From positions 1,022 to 65,021 of the forward strand of contig CAYSSG010000006.1 in assembly GCA_964433635.1 (NCBI GenBank): a stretch of DNA of 64,000 bases, in the 5' to 3' direction. Under the pieces are notes generated by a model, which had not been told where the DNA came from, searched no databases, and was given only the letters and a program-made list of their open reading frames with translations. This DNA comes from an uncultured Atribacterota bacterium. Lineage in GTDB: Bacteria > Atribacterota > Phoenicimicrobiia > Phoenicimicrobiales > Stramentimicrobiaceae. Within the stretch, counting starts at the first letter, position 1; each line of letters opens with the position of its first letter. Below, piece by piece: positions 20,503 through 31,232 of this stretch. The position numbers and the translations under genes were made by a program.

Positions 20503-21807
20503 TCATTTTTTGGAATCCAAAATAATGATATTTTCTGTAAAATCCCGTCTCCCTAATCTCGGTAATCCAGACTTGTAACCCAACATATAAAGATCGGTTG
20601 CCAGAACATCATAATCTAACATTTTTAAAGCCATATCCTGATCTATTCTTTTATTCATTTTATAAAAATTCTTTAATTTAATTATAGCAGGCAGGATTGA
20701 TTTGGCCTTAATTCCCTTGAATATTGTTTTCCCTTTATCAGTCATACCAAGAATCCGGCAGTAAAGAGGGCCTTTCCGGTTAAATCTGCGTACTTCTGAT
20801 TTTGTAACCTGAAACAATGTATGAATGAGTATTCTCTGTATCCTGGTACGGGTATACCGCTTGGATTTGATGGATCGAATAAGAACCTCCAAAACGTCAG
20901 AGAAGATAGCACTCTGCTTCAACTTGTTTTCCAAACCCTCTTCAACTGCATGAATTTTTTGGATATCGCTTAGGGACATTCTTCTTAAATTAGTAAAAAT
21001 TGCTTGTTCAAAATCAGATAAAATAACTGGATTAAAACCTTCAGTTAATACTTTACACATGACCTCGAATGAAGAATCAGGCATCATTTCCTGCAACTCT
21101 CCCATCGTATGCCCTTGACCTTCATAATATTTTTGAACAATCTTTTTTCTTATGGCGGTAGCACTGGAATATCGTCCTTTAATCTCCTCCTGTGAATAAG
21201 ATGATCCAATTCTTTTAATAAGCAGAGGTTTTATTGAACTTTTTAAATAATGTAATGATGCTAGATACTCTAATGCCAGAATATTATTCGGTTTGTCTAA
21301 AATTTCTACTACTTTATCAAGAGATATATTTTTTTGATGAATCCTGGATTCTTGAATATATTTAATAATTGCCCGCTGGCGATTTCTGGGAAAATTTTCT
21401 CCTTTTTTTACACCTTCTCTGAGAGTTTTTTGGAATAATGCTGGCTCTTTCCTAATCAATTCCGCTATTTCCGTTAACAGTTCTAATTGATCATCTTCAC
21501 AACCAAAGGATACATAATCCACAATGCCCAGTGAATCAAGTAGCTGAATTCCTGCATTGGCAAATCCTCGAGCATCCTGACTGGCAAATACAAACGGCAG
21601 TTCTATAACCAGATCGATTCCGGAGGATAAAGCCATCCTGGTCCGTGTCCATTTATCAAACAAAGCTGGTTCACCTCTTTGAAGAAATTGGCCGCTCATC
21701 ACAGCAATAAAAAAATCGGCGCCAGTTTTCTCTCTGGTTTTTTGGATATGGTAATCATGCCCACAATGAAAGGGATTATATTCTGCAATAATACCAATGG
21801 TTGTCAT
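20503..21807 (-). CDS. tmcAL: tRNA(Met) cytidine acetate ligase (YlbM/UPF0348 nucleotidyltransferase)
   Basis: 434 aa. N-terminus IIAEYNPFHCGHDYHI (HxGH nucleotidyltransferase) as in B. subtilis YlbM. Same neighbourhood as rsmD-coaD. Confidence 0.8.
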   Translation of the reverse strand: MTTIGIIAEYNPFHCGHDYHIQKTREKTGADFFIAVMSGQFLQRGEPALFDKWTRTRMALSSGIDLVIELPFVFASQDARGFANAGIQLLDSLGIVDYVSFGCEDDQLELLTEIAELIRKEPALFQKTLREGVKKGENFPRNRQRAIIKYIQESRIHQKNISLDKVVEILDKPNNILALEYLASLHYLKSSIKPLLIKRIGSSYSQEEIKGRYSSATAIRKKIVQKYYEGQGHTMGELQEMMPDSSFEVMCKVLTEGFNPVILSDFEQAIFTNLRRMSLSDIQKIHAVEEGLENKLKQSAIFSDVLEVLIRSIKSKRYTRTRIQRILIHTLFQVTKSEVRRFNRKGPLYCRILGMTDKGKTIFKGIKAKSILPAIIKLKNFYKMNKRIDQDMALKMLDYDVLATDLYMLGYKSGLPRLGRRDFTENIIILDSKK

Positions 21808-22007
21808 ATGCTCCTCGAAAAATCAGTTGTTCTATGCTATAATTATACAACATCTATTTTGCTCCGTTTGATACTCATAATCTTATAAAGAATTTATTTT
21901 CACGGGAATTGTTAATCTGATTATTCAGCAAGTAAAAGATCATTCAAAATACTGTCGAATGACAGGATGAATACCATATCATATCACTTTTTAAGGGGGA
22001 TTATAAT

Positions 22008-23012
22008 ATGATGAATATCTCAGAACAGATTAGACAAAGGGCTAAAAAAGGTTTGAAAAAAATTGTTTTACCTGAGGGAGAAGAACCCAGAATGGTTAAA
22101 GCAGCTCAAATTGTTTACCAGGAAGGATTTGCTGAACTGATATTTTTAGGGAAAGAGAAAAAAATTAAAGAAATTGCCAAAAAAATTCATGTCGATTTTC
22201 CTAAAGAGATCCAAATTATCGATCCAGAAGTCTCTGATGATTTACCAAGCTATGCTGAAACCTATTATCATCTGAGAAAGAACAAAGGAATGTCTCTTCA
22301 GGAAGCAAAACAGCTTCTGAAAGACCCCCTTTATTATGGAGCCTTAATGGTATACCAGGATGATGCCGATGGATTGGTTGCTGGATCTATTCATGCAACA
22401 GGTGATGTTTTTAGACCAGCCCTGCAGACGATTAAAACTTCTGATAAAGTTAAAATTGTCTCAAGCTCCTTTATTTTAATTGTTCCTGAGTGTAATTATG
22501 GTGAAAATGGCGCATTATTATTTGCTGATTGTGCTCTATTCCCGAATCCCAATCCGGAAGAACTGGCCGATATTGCGATTGCCAGCGCCAACACTGCAAA
22601 AGTCCTCATGGGAGTAGAACCTAAAGTAGCTATGTTATCTTTCTCTACTAAGGGAAGTGCCCAACACCCTTTAGTTGATAAAGTTGTTCAAGCAACTGAA
22701 ATTGCAAGGAAAAAAGCACCGGATTTAAAGATAGACGGGGAGCTGCAGGCAGATGCAGCCTTAATCCCCGAAATAGGTAAAAGGAAAGCACCTGACAGTA
22801 CCATAGCCGGAAGGGCAAATGTCTTAATATTCCCTGATCTACAAGCTGCTAATATTGCCTATAAATTAGTTCAGAGATTGGCAAAAGCAGATGCAATAGG
22901 TCCGATTTCACAGGGTATGCGTAAACCTGTTAATGATTTATCCAGAGGATGTACAGCCGAAGAGATTGCAGATGTTGTCGCAGTAACAGTACTACAAGCC
23001 CAGGGCATTTAA
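22008..23012 (+). CDS. pta: phosphate acetyltransferase
   Basis: 334 aa. Pta/EutD family ([11 protein letters not shown]..., [16 protein letters not shown]). Confidence 0.85.
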   Translation: MMNISEQIRQRAKKGLKKIVLPEGEEPRMVKAAQIVYQEGFAELIFLGKEKKIKEIAKKIHVDFPKEIQIIDPEVSDDLPSYAETYYHLRKNKGMSLQEAKQLLKDPLYYGALMVYQDDADGLVAGSIHATGDVFRPALQTIKTSDKVKIVSSSFILIVPECNYGENGALLFADCALFPNPNPEELADIAIASANTAKVLMGVEPKVAMLSFSTKGSAQHPLVDKVVQATEIARKKAPDLKIDGELQADAALIPEIGKRKAPDSTIAGRANVLIFPDLQAANIAYKLVQRLAKADAIGPISQGMRKPVNDLSRGCTAEEIADVVAVTVLQAQGI

Positions 23013-23154
23013 AAGAAAACAACAGGCATAGTGGACGATACTTTCTTTTTTTATTCATTCATTAAAATATTTCATTTGCATATATTTATAAAATTTAATA
23101 TAATTTCAAATTATTATTCAATCAATCACGTTGTACTTAGAAGGAGGAAGTAAA

Positions 23155-23355
23155 TTGGCATTACCAAAAAGAAAAATTTCTAAATCACGAAAAAATAAAC
23201 GAAGAACGCATTGGGTGGAAAAACCGATAAATCTTGTTGAATGCCCCAGGTGCCACGAATATAAATTGCCTCATCATGTTTGTCCTTCATGTGGCTATTA
23301 TAATGGAGAAAAGGTGATAGCTGAAAAGAAGACCGCAGAAACCAAGGCTAAGTAG
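23155..23355 (+). CDS. rpmF: 50S ribosomal protein L32 (TTG start; the ORF track start 23131 would translate the RBS)
   Basis: ALPKRKISKSRKNKRRTHW and CPRC...CPSC zinc ribbon. RBS AAGGAGGA 7 nt upstream of TTG 23155. Confidence 0.9.
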   Translation: MALPKRKISKSRKNKRRTHWVEKPINLVECPRCHEYKLPHHVCPSCGYYNGEKVIAEKKTAETKAK

Positions 23356-23397
23356 ATTTCTTTTTTTATTTTTTATATTTCCTTATTCGTTTTCTTT

Positions 23398-23432
23398 GAT
23401 AGAGTGTCATAAATCTTTTATGACACTCTATC
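23398..23432. terminator. 16-bp perfect palindrome downstream of rpmF (gatagagtgtcataaa-tct-tttatgacactctatc); candidate terminator or operator
   Basis: Perfect inverted repeat seen directly. Preceded by a long T-rich tract. Confidence 0.5.
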
Positions 23433-23629
23433 AATTTGATAACATGTAGCCTAAAAATCATATTTCAAGAATGTTTACAGCGGCAATGTAACATATGAAA
23501 GAACTAAGAACGGTAAAAACTCAATTTTTTCTTTCTGATTAATACTTGATTTTCTTTTTTTTATTATATATACTATCATTTAATAGTAACAGCAACTAAT
23601 AGCAAGTACTCTTAAAAGATGGTGTAGAT

Positions 23630-24187
23630 ATGTTAAAAAATATGCCCAAAGAGAAGAGACAGGAAAAGCTTCGGGAGAGGATTACAGTCAATCCTTTTCT
23701 TTCAGATGAACAATTAGCAAAGATATTTCGTGTCAGTATTCAGACTATACGGCTGGACAGGCTGCAGATGGGTATTCCTGAGATGCGTAAGCGGGTAATG
23801 AATCTGGCTCAGGAAGCATCCTCAAAAGTGAAAGCATTAAATAAAAATGAAATCATCGGAGATTTGATTGATATTGACTTGGGCAAAAGTGGAATTTCTA
23901 CCCTGCGCACTACGAAAGAAATGGCTTTCGGTAAGAATAGATTGGTCAGAAGCCATTATATCTTTTCTCTTGCCGATTCTTTAGCAATGGCAATGATTGA
24001 CTCAGATGTGGTTTTAACAGGCATTGCACGTTTAAGATATAAACATCCTGTCTATGCCGGGCAGATGCTCGTGGCAAAAGCAAGGATTACCACCAAAAAA
24101 GGTAATAAACATTTAGTGTCAGTTCATATTAAAAGTGATCGCCTGGAAGTATTTACCGCAAAATTAATCATGGTTTCCATGGATTAA
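23630..24187 (+). CDS. fapR: fatty acid/phospholipid synthesis transcriptional repressor FapR
   Basis: 185 aa. N-terminal HTH (LAKIFRVSIQTIRLDR) plus hotdog thioesterase-like domain. Collinear with B. subtilis FapR. Confidence 0.85.
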   Translation: MLKNMPKEKRQEKLRERITVNPFLSDEQLAKIFRVSIQTIRLDRLQMGIPEMRKRVMNLAQEASSKVKALNKNEIIGDLIDIDLGKSGISTLRTTKEMAFGKNRLVRSHYIFSLADSLAMAMIDSDVVLTGIARLRYKHPVYAGQMLVAKARITTKKGNKHLVSVHIKSDRLEVFTAKLIMVSMD

Positions 24188-24244
24188 GATATTATAACTG
24201 GTATTGTTTTCTTTAAAATAAAATAAAAACAAGGAGTAATTAAG

Positions 24245-24475
24245 ATGGATATAATGGATAGAGTAAAAAAAATCATAGTAGATCAACTTGGTGTAGAAGA
24301 AGAAAAAGTTAAAGAAGATGCTTCCTTTATTGATGATTTAGGAGCAGATTCTTTAGACATCGTGGAATTGATTATGGCTTTTGAAGAAGAATTTGATATT
24401 GAGATTGCCGATGAGGATGCCGAAAAAATTAAGGTTGTGGGTGATGTTATTCACTATTTGGAAGATAAACAATAA
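24245..24475 (+). CDS. acpP: acyl carrier protein
   Basis: 76 aa. DSL phosphopantetheine attachment motif ([11 protein letters not shown]). Confidence 0.95.
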   Translation: MDIMDRVKKIIVDQLGVEEEKVKEDASFIDDLGADSLDIVELIMAFEEEFDIEIADEDAEKIKVVGDVIHYLEDKQ

Positions 24476-24510
24476 GCAGTGATCAAACCTCATTTAGGTT
24501 TGCTGTTTAT

Positions 24511-25236
24511 TTGAATATGTCAAATATGCAGGGAGAACCAAAAAAGATAGAGTTAAGGGAACTTGAAAAGCAATTAGGATATTACTTTAAGAATATTGAA
24601 TTATTACAGCAAGCAGTTACACATACTTCATCCTACAACCAGAAAGAACAAAATCACATTCATCGCTTTCAGCGGCTTGAGTTTTTAGGGGATTCAGTCA
24701 TCAATTTAGCAGTGACAGAATACTTATATCATAAATTTCCTTTTTCCTCAGAAGGAGAATTATCAAAATTAAAATCCATTATTATCAGTCAACCTTTTTT
24801 AGTAAGTTTTGCCAATCATGTAGCGCTTAAAAAATATATTCATCTCGGTAAAAGTGTTGATCTGGTAAGGGGAAGAGGGAAATTTTCTATTTTAGCCGAT
24901 TGCATGGAATCCTGTTTGGGTGCAATCTATCTGGATGGAGGATTCGGGGACTGCGTTAGGATCATTTCCCATTTTATTGACTTGAAACAAGACGATTTGT
25001 TAAGTGAAAATACTATTAGGGATTACAAAACCCTGCTGCAAGAGAAGACGCAGAAAAAACTTAACTGCCTTCCAGCTTACAAGATGATCAAAGAAGAAGG
25101 ATTAGAACACCAGAAAAAATTTTATGTCGAAGTTTTAGTCAAAGGTCATTTTTACGGAAAGGGTATTGGTAAAAACAAAAAAGAGGCAGAACAAAAGGCT
25201 GCTTTTCAAGCCTTGAAACAATTAAAAGAAAAGTGA
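24511..25236 (+). CDS. rnc: ribonuclease III
   Basis: RNase III signature (ERLEFLGDSV) plus C-terminal dsRBD. Confidence 0.9.
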   Translation: MNMSNMQGEPKKIELRELEKQLGYYFKNIELLQQAVTHTSSYNQKEQNHIHRFQRLEFLGDSVINLAVTEYLYHKFPFSSEGELSKLKSIIISQPFLVSFANHVALKKYIHLGKSVDLVRGRGKFSILADCMESCLGAIYLDGGFGDCVRIISHFIDLKQDDLLSENTIRDYKTLLQEKTQKKLNCLPAYKMIKEEGLEHQKKFYVEVLVKGHFYGKGIGKNKKEAEQKAAFQALKQLKEK

Positions 25237-25260
25237 GATGTTAAGAAAGGTATTTTTCAG

Positions 25261-28200
25261 TTGCATTTAAAAGAGATTGAAATTAAGGGATTTAAATCAT
25301 TTGCCAATAAGATTAAGCTAAGTATTACCCCGGGCATCACAGTGATTGTTGGCCCAAATGGATGCGGTAAAAGTAACATCACAGATGCAGTAAGGTGGAT
25401 ATTGGGAGAACAAAATATTCATTCTCTAAGGGGTGAAAAAATGACTGATATGATATTTTCAGGTAATTCTGATCAAAAGATACGCAATATCGCTGAAGTA
25501 TCCATGATATTCGATAACACTGATCACAAGCTATCCATTGACTCTGAAGAAGTAGAATTGAAAAGGATTATTTTTCGCTCAGGTGAAACTGAAAACTATA
25601 TCAACGGAATGCCATGCAAATTGAGGGATATCCATGAACTTTTCTGGGGCACTGGCATCGGCAAAAATGCTTACTCTATCATTGCACAGGGGAAAGTAGA
25701 TTTTGTACTGAATGCCAAACCTGTTGAAAGGAGAGTATTATTTGAAGAGGCCGCAAATATTTCCAGTTATAATATAAAAAAAGATAATGCGCTGAAAAAA
25801 CTTGGCCTGGTTGAAAACAATCTGCTTAGAATAAATGACATTTTTATGGAAGTAAAAGAGAGCCTTTCTCATTATAAACTGCAAGCCGATAACCTGAAAT
25901 TATATCGTTTATATCATGAACATATTAGAGAATTAGATTTTTATCTTTTAAGCCAACAGTATTTGCTCTATAAAAAGAATCTAAACCAGAATGAGGAAAC
26001 ATTATCGACTATAAAAAATGAAATACTCGCTATTGAAAAAATAGTGATGGATAGTAAGAGAAAGATGATACAGATTGAGACAGAGAAAGAGCAATATGAA
26101 CTTGAATTAAACAATAGTGAAATATTACTCCAGGAGAGTGATAGAAACAAAAACAGCCTAAACAATCAACTTATCTTATTAAAACAAAAGGGCCTGGATA
26201 TGAATCAGCGGATTATCAATTTGAAAAATGATGTTGAACATGCTGGACATCAATTTAACACATTTCAAGAAACGCTTTCAGATATCGATAGAGACATCCA
26301 GGAAACTAGAAGTAACTCTAAAATCCTGCAAGAGAATGATAACAACAAAACTGTTTTATTGAATAAATATAATCATATATTCGAATATCTTCAGCAAGAA
26401 GCTAATAAATCAGAAAGCGGCAAGGGTGAACTTTCTTATCACCGCTTTTCCAGATACAGAGAAGAAACAATAAAAAAAGAGACAGTGTTGAATTCTCTAA
26501 AAGTAACGCTTCTGGAGATGGAAAAGGAAATCCAGAATATCCAGAATGAATTATCTAGAAATCAAAACAGGATTACCAATATAGAAAAAAATCTGGTTTA
26601 CTATGAGAGAGAAATAAAGCATTTTCAAGAAGAAAAAGTGAAGATAGACAGATTATTAACCAGTAATACAGGATTGATGAATCAACAAACTGATAAGATC
26701 AGGAATGATGAAAATAATATCATCTTGAAAAACAAAGAAAAGGATTTCCTGGAAGAGCTAAGAAAAAGTAATCAGGTGAAGAAAATGATTCTTAAAGATC
26801 ATATACCGGATAAAAACCTGCTTCAGGAAATTCATTGGTTTGGTAAGATGTATGATCTAATTGAAGATATTCCTGATAGAATAAAAAACGCAATCAGTAT
26901 GATTCTATATGATGAAATTCAGCTAATCAGAGTTGGTCATTTTGATCAAATTCCAAATATTTTAAAGCACTTGAATTCAGAGGACTTGCCCCAAATGAAA
27001 TTCATTGCCGATAATATTATTGCTCGAAAGAATTCGGAAATAAAAAAAGGGATGCCGGATTTCAAACAAAATAAAAAAATTCTGGGCTTTGCCCATCAGC
27101 TTATCTCTTCCCCACCTGAGTACAACAGCCTATTTCAATTTCTCTTAGGAGATATACTTATTGTGGAAGACATGTATACTGCTTTAAGTTTGTTTGAAGA
27201 ATCTAAAGAACAATTTGCAATCCTGACTTTGGACGGTATGGTCATAGACGCCCGAGGAATCATTACATCTAACATTCCATTGAAAAATAATACAGATAAA
27301 TATCCTGTATCCATAAAAAAAATCAACCAACTGGAACAAGAGATTCAGGAAATTCAATCTCAAATGAATCAAAACCAGTCTGACCTTGAAAAGCAAAAAA
27401 ATGAGCATCAGAACCTCAGACATAAGACAGATAGTATAGACAGGCAATTAGAAAGTCTTATCATGAGACTGCATGAAGAAAAGAACCAGGAAGTAGACAT
27501 TAATAAGAGAAATATTGATCTGAAAAATCAATTAGACATGTTTAACCAAAGAAAAAAGTTAAGAGAGGATGAAAAAAAAGATCTGGAAAACAAGATTGCC
27601 ACATTACGATTAAACTTTAAATGGATTGAAGAATATGTAATATCCTGCAATTCCTATTCGCATTGCATCTCCCGCTTTAAGACTGTTTGCCTTGATACGA
27701 TAGAAAAGATAAGAAAGGAACTGGAAAATGTTAAAATGAAACTGGTCTGGAATAAGGATAGAGAAAAATTATTACAAAAGCGCATGGAAGAGATGAATCA
27801 TTTTATCCAAAATTACCAGCAGGAAGAAGGCGCAAGGCAGACCAAATTATCAGAATCCAAAAAAGAGCTGACACAATTATCGAAACAGGAAGAAATGGTA
27901 AAAGAAAAAATAAAAATGATTATGGAAAGCCGAAAGAAGATACATCAGAATAAGATAAATTATCAAGAAGCATTACAAACACATAATACTATTTTGAGAA
28001 AAATGCGCGAAAACATAGAGAACAACCAAAAACAGATGGAAGAGAGAAGGAACATTTTCCATGAATGTGAAATGAATCACGTACAAAATCAGGAGAAATT
28101 AAACAATTTACTCTATTCCATTAAAAACCAGTATACTACTTCAATTGAAGAAATTCTGTCTTATGAAAATGCCTCAAAGAACCAGAGGGAGGCTTCTGGA

Positions 28201-28851
28201 AAGATTGCCCATTATAAAGAACAGATTAGTCGTATGGGACAGATAAATTTTGACGCACTGCAGGAATATGAAAAACAATCCATAAGATACAATGAGTTGT
28301 GTAACAAAAAAGAAGAAATTATAGAATCTAAGGAAAATCTGATCAGTTTAATCCATGAAATTGACCAGGTCGCTGAAGAACATTTACTGCAAACGTTTAT
28401 AAAAATAGATCATTATTTTCAGGAAATATTCCAAAAATTATTTAGAGGTGGCCAGGTAAGTTTAGAATTAACCAACGGGAAAAAGCTTTTAGAAACAGGT
28501 ATCGAGGTAATGGTCCAGCCACCCGGGAAAAAAGTGCAGAATATTTCTCTACTGTCAACTGGTGAAAAGGCATTGACTGCGATTGCTCTTTTATTTGCCA
28601 TGTGGAAGGTTAATCCAAGCCCATTCTGTTTTTTTGATGAAATCGATTCGGCTTTAGACGAAGCCAATGCCTTACGGTTGGCATCCTTCATAAAAAATGA
28701 AGACTTGAAAGAGGCGCAAATCATTATCATTACTCATCAAAAAGAGGTGATGGAGGCAGCAGATGCCTTATATGGGATTACCATGGAAGGTTCAGGGATT
28801 TCAAAATTGATGTCAGTAAAAATGTTAGATTCGGGAGAGTGGCAAAATTAA
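25261..28851 (+). CDS. smc: chromosome partition protein SMC (TTG start)
   Basis: 1196 aa. Walker A GPNGCGKSN, long coiled coils, hinge, C-terminal signature LSGGEKALTAIALLFA and Walker B. Confidence 0.95.
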   Translation: MHLKEIEIKGFKSFANKIKLSITPGITVIVGPNGCGKSNITDAVRWILGEQNIHSLRGEKMTDMIFSGNSDQKIRNIAEVSMIFDNTDHKLSIDSEEVELKRIIFRSGETENYINGMPCKLRDIHELFWGTGIGKNAYSIIAQGKVDFVLNAKPVERRVLFEEAANISSYNIKKDNALKKLGLVENNLLRINDIFMEVKESLSHYKLQADNLKLYRLYHEHIRELDFYLLSQQYLLYKKNLNQNEETLSTIKNEILAIEKIVMDSKRKMIQIETEKEQYELELNNSEILLQESDRNKNSLNNQLILLKQKGLDMNQRIINLKNDVEHAGHQFNTFQETLSDIDRDIQETRSNSKILQENDNNKTVLLNKYNHIFEYLQQEANKSESGKGELSYHRFSRYREETIKKETVLNSLKVTLLEMEKEIQNIQNELSRNQNRITNIEKNLVYYEREIKHFQEEKVKIDRLLTSNTGLMNQQTDKIRNDENNIILKNKEKDFLEELRKSNQVKKMILKDHIPDKNLLQEIHWFGKMYDLIEDIPDRIKNAISMILYDEIQLIRVGHFDQIPNILKHLNSEDLPQMKFIADNIIARKNSEIKKGMPDFKQNKKILGFAHQLISSPPEYNSLFQFLLGDILIVEDMYTALSLFEESKEQFAILTLDGMVIDARGIITSNIPLKNNTDKYPVSIKKINQLEQEIQEIQSQMNQNQSDLEKQKNEHQNLRHKTDSIDRQLESLIMRLHEEKNQEVDINKRNIDLKNQLDMFNQRKKLREDEKKDLENKIATLRLNFKWIEEYVISCNSYSHCISRFKTVCLDTIEKIRKELENVKMKLVWNKDREKLLQKRMEEMNHFIQNYQQEEGARQTKLSESKKELTQLSKQEEMVKEKIKMIMESRKKIHQNKINYQEALQTHNTILRKMRENIENNQKQMEERRNIFHECEMNHVQNQEKLNNLLYSIKNQYTTSIEEILSYENASKNQREASGKIAHYKEQISRMGQINFDALQEYEKQSIRYNELCNKKEEIIESKENLISLIHEIDQVAEEHLLQTFIKIDHYFQEIFQKLFRGGQVSLELTNGKKLLETGIEVMVQPPGKKVQNISLLSTGEKALTAIALLFAMWKVNPSPFCFFDEIDSALDEANALRLASFIKNEDLKEAQIIIITHQKEVMEAADALYGITMEGSGISKLMSVKMLDSGEWQN

Positions 28852-28874
28852 AAATCTTTTCATTTCATTAAAAA

Positions 28875-29764
28875 ATGGACTTAAAAAATCGCGAGAAGGT
28901 CTGCTTGATAAATATGAACTATTATTTACCGATGCAGTAAAAGAAAAAGAGGAATTTTTGGAAAAAGTAGAGGAATTATTGATACTATCTGACTTGGGAC
29001 CCCAAACCACAGATGAAATTCTGATTAAATTTAAAGAAATGAAATTACATCAATTCAGAACGAATGACTTCAATCATTTTAAACAACAGCTAAAAAAAAT
29101 ATTATTCGAAATGATTCCGGAGCAGAAATCAGGTGATCAATCTGATTCTGAAAAAAATGATATTATCATGGTTGTCGGTGTAAATGGAACGGGTAAAACA
29201 TCTTTTACTGGTAAATTGGCTTATCACTTCAAAAATCAAGGCAGAAATATCTTGTTAATACCTGCTGATACCTATCGAGCAGGTGCCATTGATCAGTTAA
29301 GATACCTGGCACAACAATCCGGGGTTGAAATCTTAAAAACTTCTGAAGGAGCAGATCCTGCTTCTGTCGTTTTCGATGGCATACAATCTGCCAGAGCAAA
29401 AAAGAAAGAATGTTTACTCATCGATACTGCAGGGAGGCTACATACTTATCATAATTTGATGAAAGAGTTAGAGAAAATAAAAAGAGTTATCATTAAGTCT
29501 TTACCAGGAGTTTTATTAAAAACAATTTTAGTCATTGATGCCACTACCGGACAGAACGGTCTGATCCAAGCTACCTCCTTTAAAGAATCCCTGGACATCT
29601 CCAGTATAGCATTGACTAAATTAGACGGAACCGCTAAGGGAGGAATCGTTTTTACAATTCAAAAAGAGCTGCATGTTCCCGTAGATTATATTACTTTTGG
29701 TGAAAAAATTACTGATTTAAGTGAATATGATCCGGAAAGCTTTATAGAAGCACTTCTCGATTGA
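28875..29764 (+). CDS. ftsY: signal recognition particle receptor FtsY (short N-domain type); ATG 28875 is out of frame by 1 nt with the conserved frame (28829..29764)
   Basis: The frame from 28877 reads GLKKSREGLLDKYELLF... then NG domain with GVNGTGKT and DTAGR. The ORF track starts it at TTG 28958. ATG 28875 lies one nucleotide off. Confidence 0.8.
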
Positions 29765-29855
29765 CACCCATGAACATTTTCTATATACTGAATAAGAATT
29801 TGTCATGTCATTCTATAAACATGAGAATGGATTCTAATTTCCAGGTTAAAAAAAG

Positions 29856-31184
29856 ATGTTAGGAAAGCTATCAGAAAAATTACAAAATATTTTAAGTAGA
29901 ATCAGAGAAAAAGGTAAACTGACTGAGCAAGACATCAAACAATCCTTGAAAGAAGTGAAGTTAGCTCTACTGGAAGCGGATGTTCATTTTAAAGTTGTCA
30001 AGGACTTTATAGCCAGATTGGAAGAACGTGCCAGTTTAGAAGAGTTATCCAAAGCATTAACGCCCGGTCAACAGATGATCAAGATTACCCATGAAGTACT
30101 GACTGAAATTCTTGGTAAAACACAGAGCAGAATGGAAATTGAAAAACACAGTCCCATGTTTATTCTTTTAGTTGGTTTACAGGGTTCGGGAAAAACGACA
30201 ACAGCAGGAAAGTTAGCTTTACATATTAAAGAAAAGGGTTATTCTCCATTACTGGTTGCCGGAGATAAGGCTAGACCTGCTGCTGTAGAACAATTACAGA
30301 TGATTGGAGAAAAAGCAGGAGTAGAAGTTTTTTCAAGAGGAAAAAATGAAAAGGTAATTCAGACGATTCAAGCTGCTGAACAGTTTGCTAAAGAACATAA
30401 GAAAGATGTCATTATTATTGATACAGCCGGTAGACTGCACATTGATCAAGAGCTCATGAGAGAGATCAAAGAGATTAAAGAATCATTGGTTATTCATGAA
30501 ACGCTGCTGGTCCTTGATGCCTTGATGGGACAGGATGCCTTGCGGGTCGCAGATACTTTTCATCAGGAAATCGGAATAGACGGGTATATTCTGACCAAGC
30601 TTGACGGAGATGCAAGAGGTGGCGTCGCTTTATCAATTAAAAAAATGACCGATATACCAATTAAATTTGTGGGTACGGGCGAAAAGATGAATGATCTGGA
30701 TCCTTATTACCCTGATAGAATGTCATCTCGAATTCTTGGAATGGGAGATACACTGACATTTATTGAAAAAATCGAAGCCAATTATCAGAAAAATGAATTA
30801 AAAAATATGGCCAGTAAAGAATTTAGAGAGCAGTTTAATTTGAATGACTTCTATGTGCAATTAAAAAAGTTAAAAAATATGGGTTCCCTGGAAAAAGTTT
30901 TTGATTTGATGCCCATGCAGCATTTTGCACTTCCTAAGGGAATATCAGAAAATATTCATGGTGGGGAAAAGGAGCTTGGGAAAGTCGAAGCAATAATAAA
31001 TTCCATGACCAGAGTGGAAAGATTAGAACCAGATATCATAAATGGCAGTAGAAGAAGAAGAATTGCCATGGGAAGCGGGACAGGAGTAAGTGACGTAAAC
31101 CGCTTATTGAAACAATTTTCTAAGATGAAAAAATTCCTGAAACAGGGACCCGGAAAACAGAGCTTAATCTCTTTGCTGAAATAA
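29856..31184 (+). CDS. ffh: signal recognition particle protein Ffh
   Basis: 442 aa. GLQGSGKTTT, DTAGR, and Met-rich M domain. Confidence 0.95.
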   Translation: MLGKLSEKLQNILSRIREKGKLTEQDIKQSLKEVKLALLEADVHFKVVKDFIARLEERASLEELSKALTPGQQMIKITHEVLTEILGKTQSRMEIEKHSPMFILLVGLQGSGKTTTAGKLALHIKEKGYSPLLVAGDKARPAAVEQLQMIGEKAGVEVFSRGKNEKVIQTIQAAEQFAKEHKKDVIIIDTAGRLHIDQELMREIKEIKESLVIHETLLVLDALMGQDALRVADTFHQEIGIDGYILTKLDGDARGGVALSIKKMTDIPIKFVGTGEKMNDLDPYYPDRMSSRILGMGDTLTFIEKIEANYQKNELKNMASKEFREQFNLNDFYVQLKKLKNMGSLEKVFDLMPMQHFALPKGISENIHGGEKELGKVEAIINSMTRVERLEPDIINGSRRRRIAMGSGTGVSDVNRLLKQFSKMKKFLKQGPGKQSLISLLK

Positions 31185-31232
31185 AGAGATGTTAATGATG
31201 CAACGAAATATATTCAAAAAAGATGGAGGAAC

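Noticed and set aside
23560-23629. Possible FapR operator upstream of fapR (TAGTAACAGCAACTAATAG / AGTACT motifs).
   Set aside because: Only partial resemblance to the Bacillus FapR box half-sites (TTAGTA / TACTAA), and no clean 17-bp palindrome. Cannot be asserted without a motif search across the genome.
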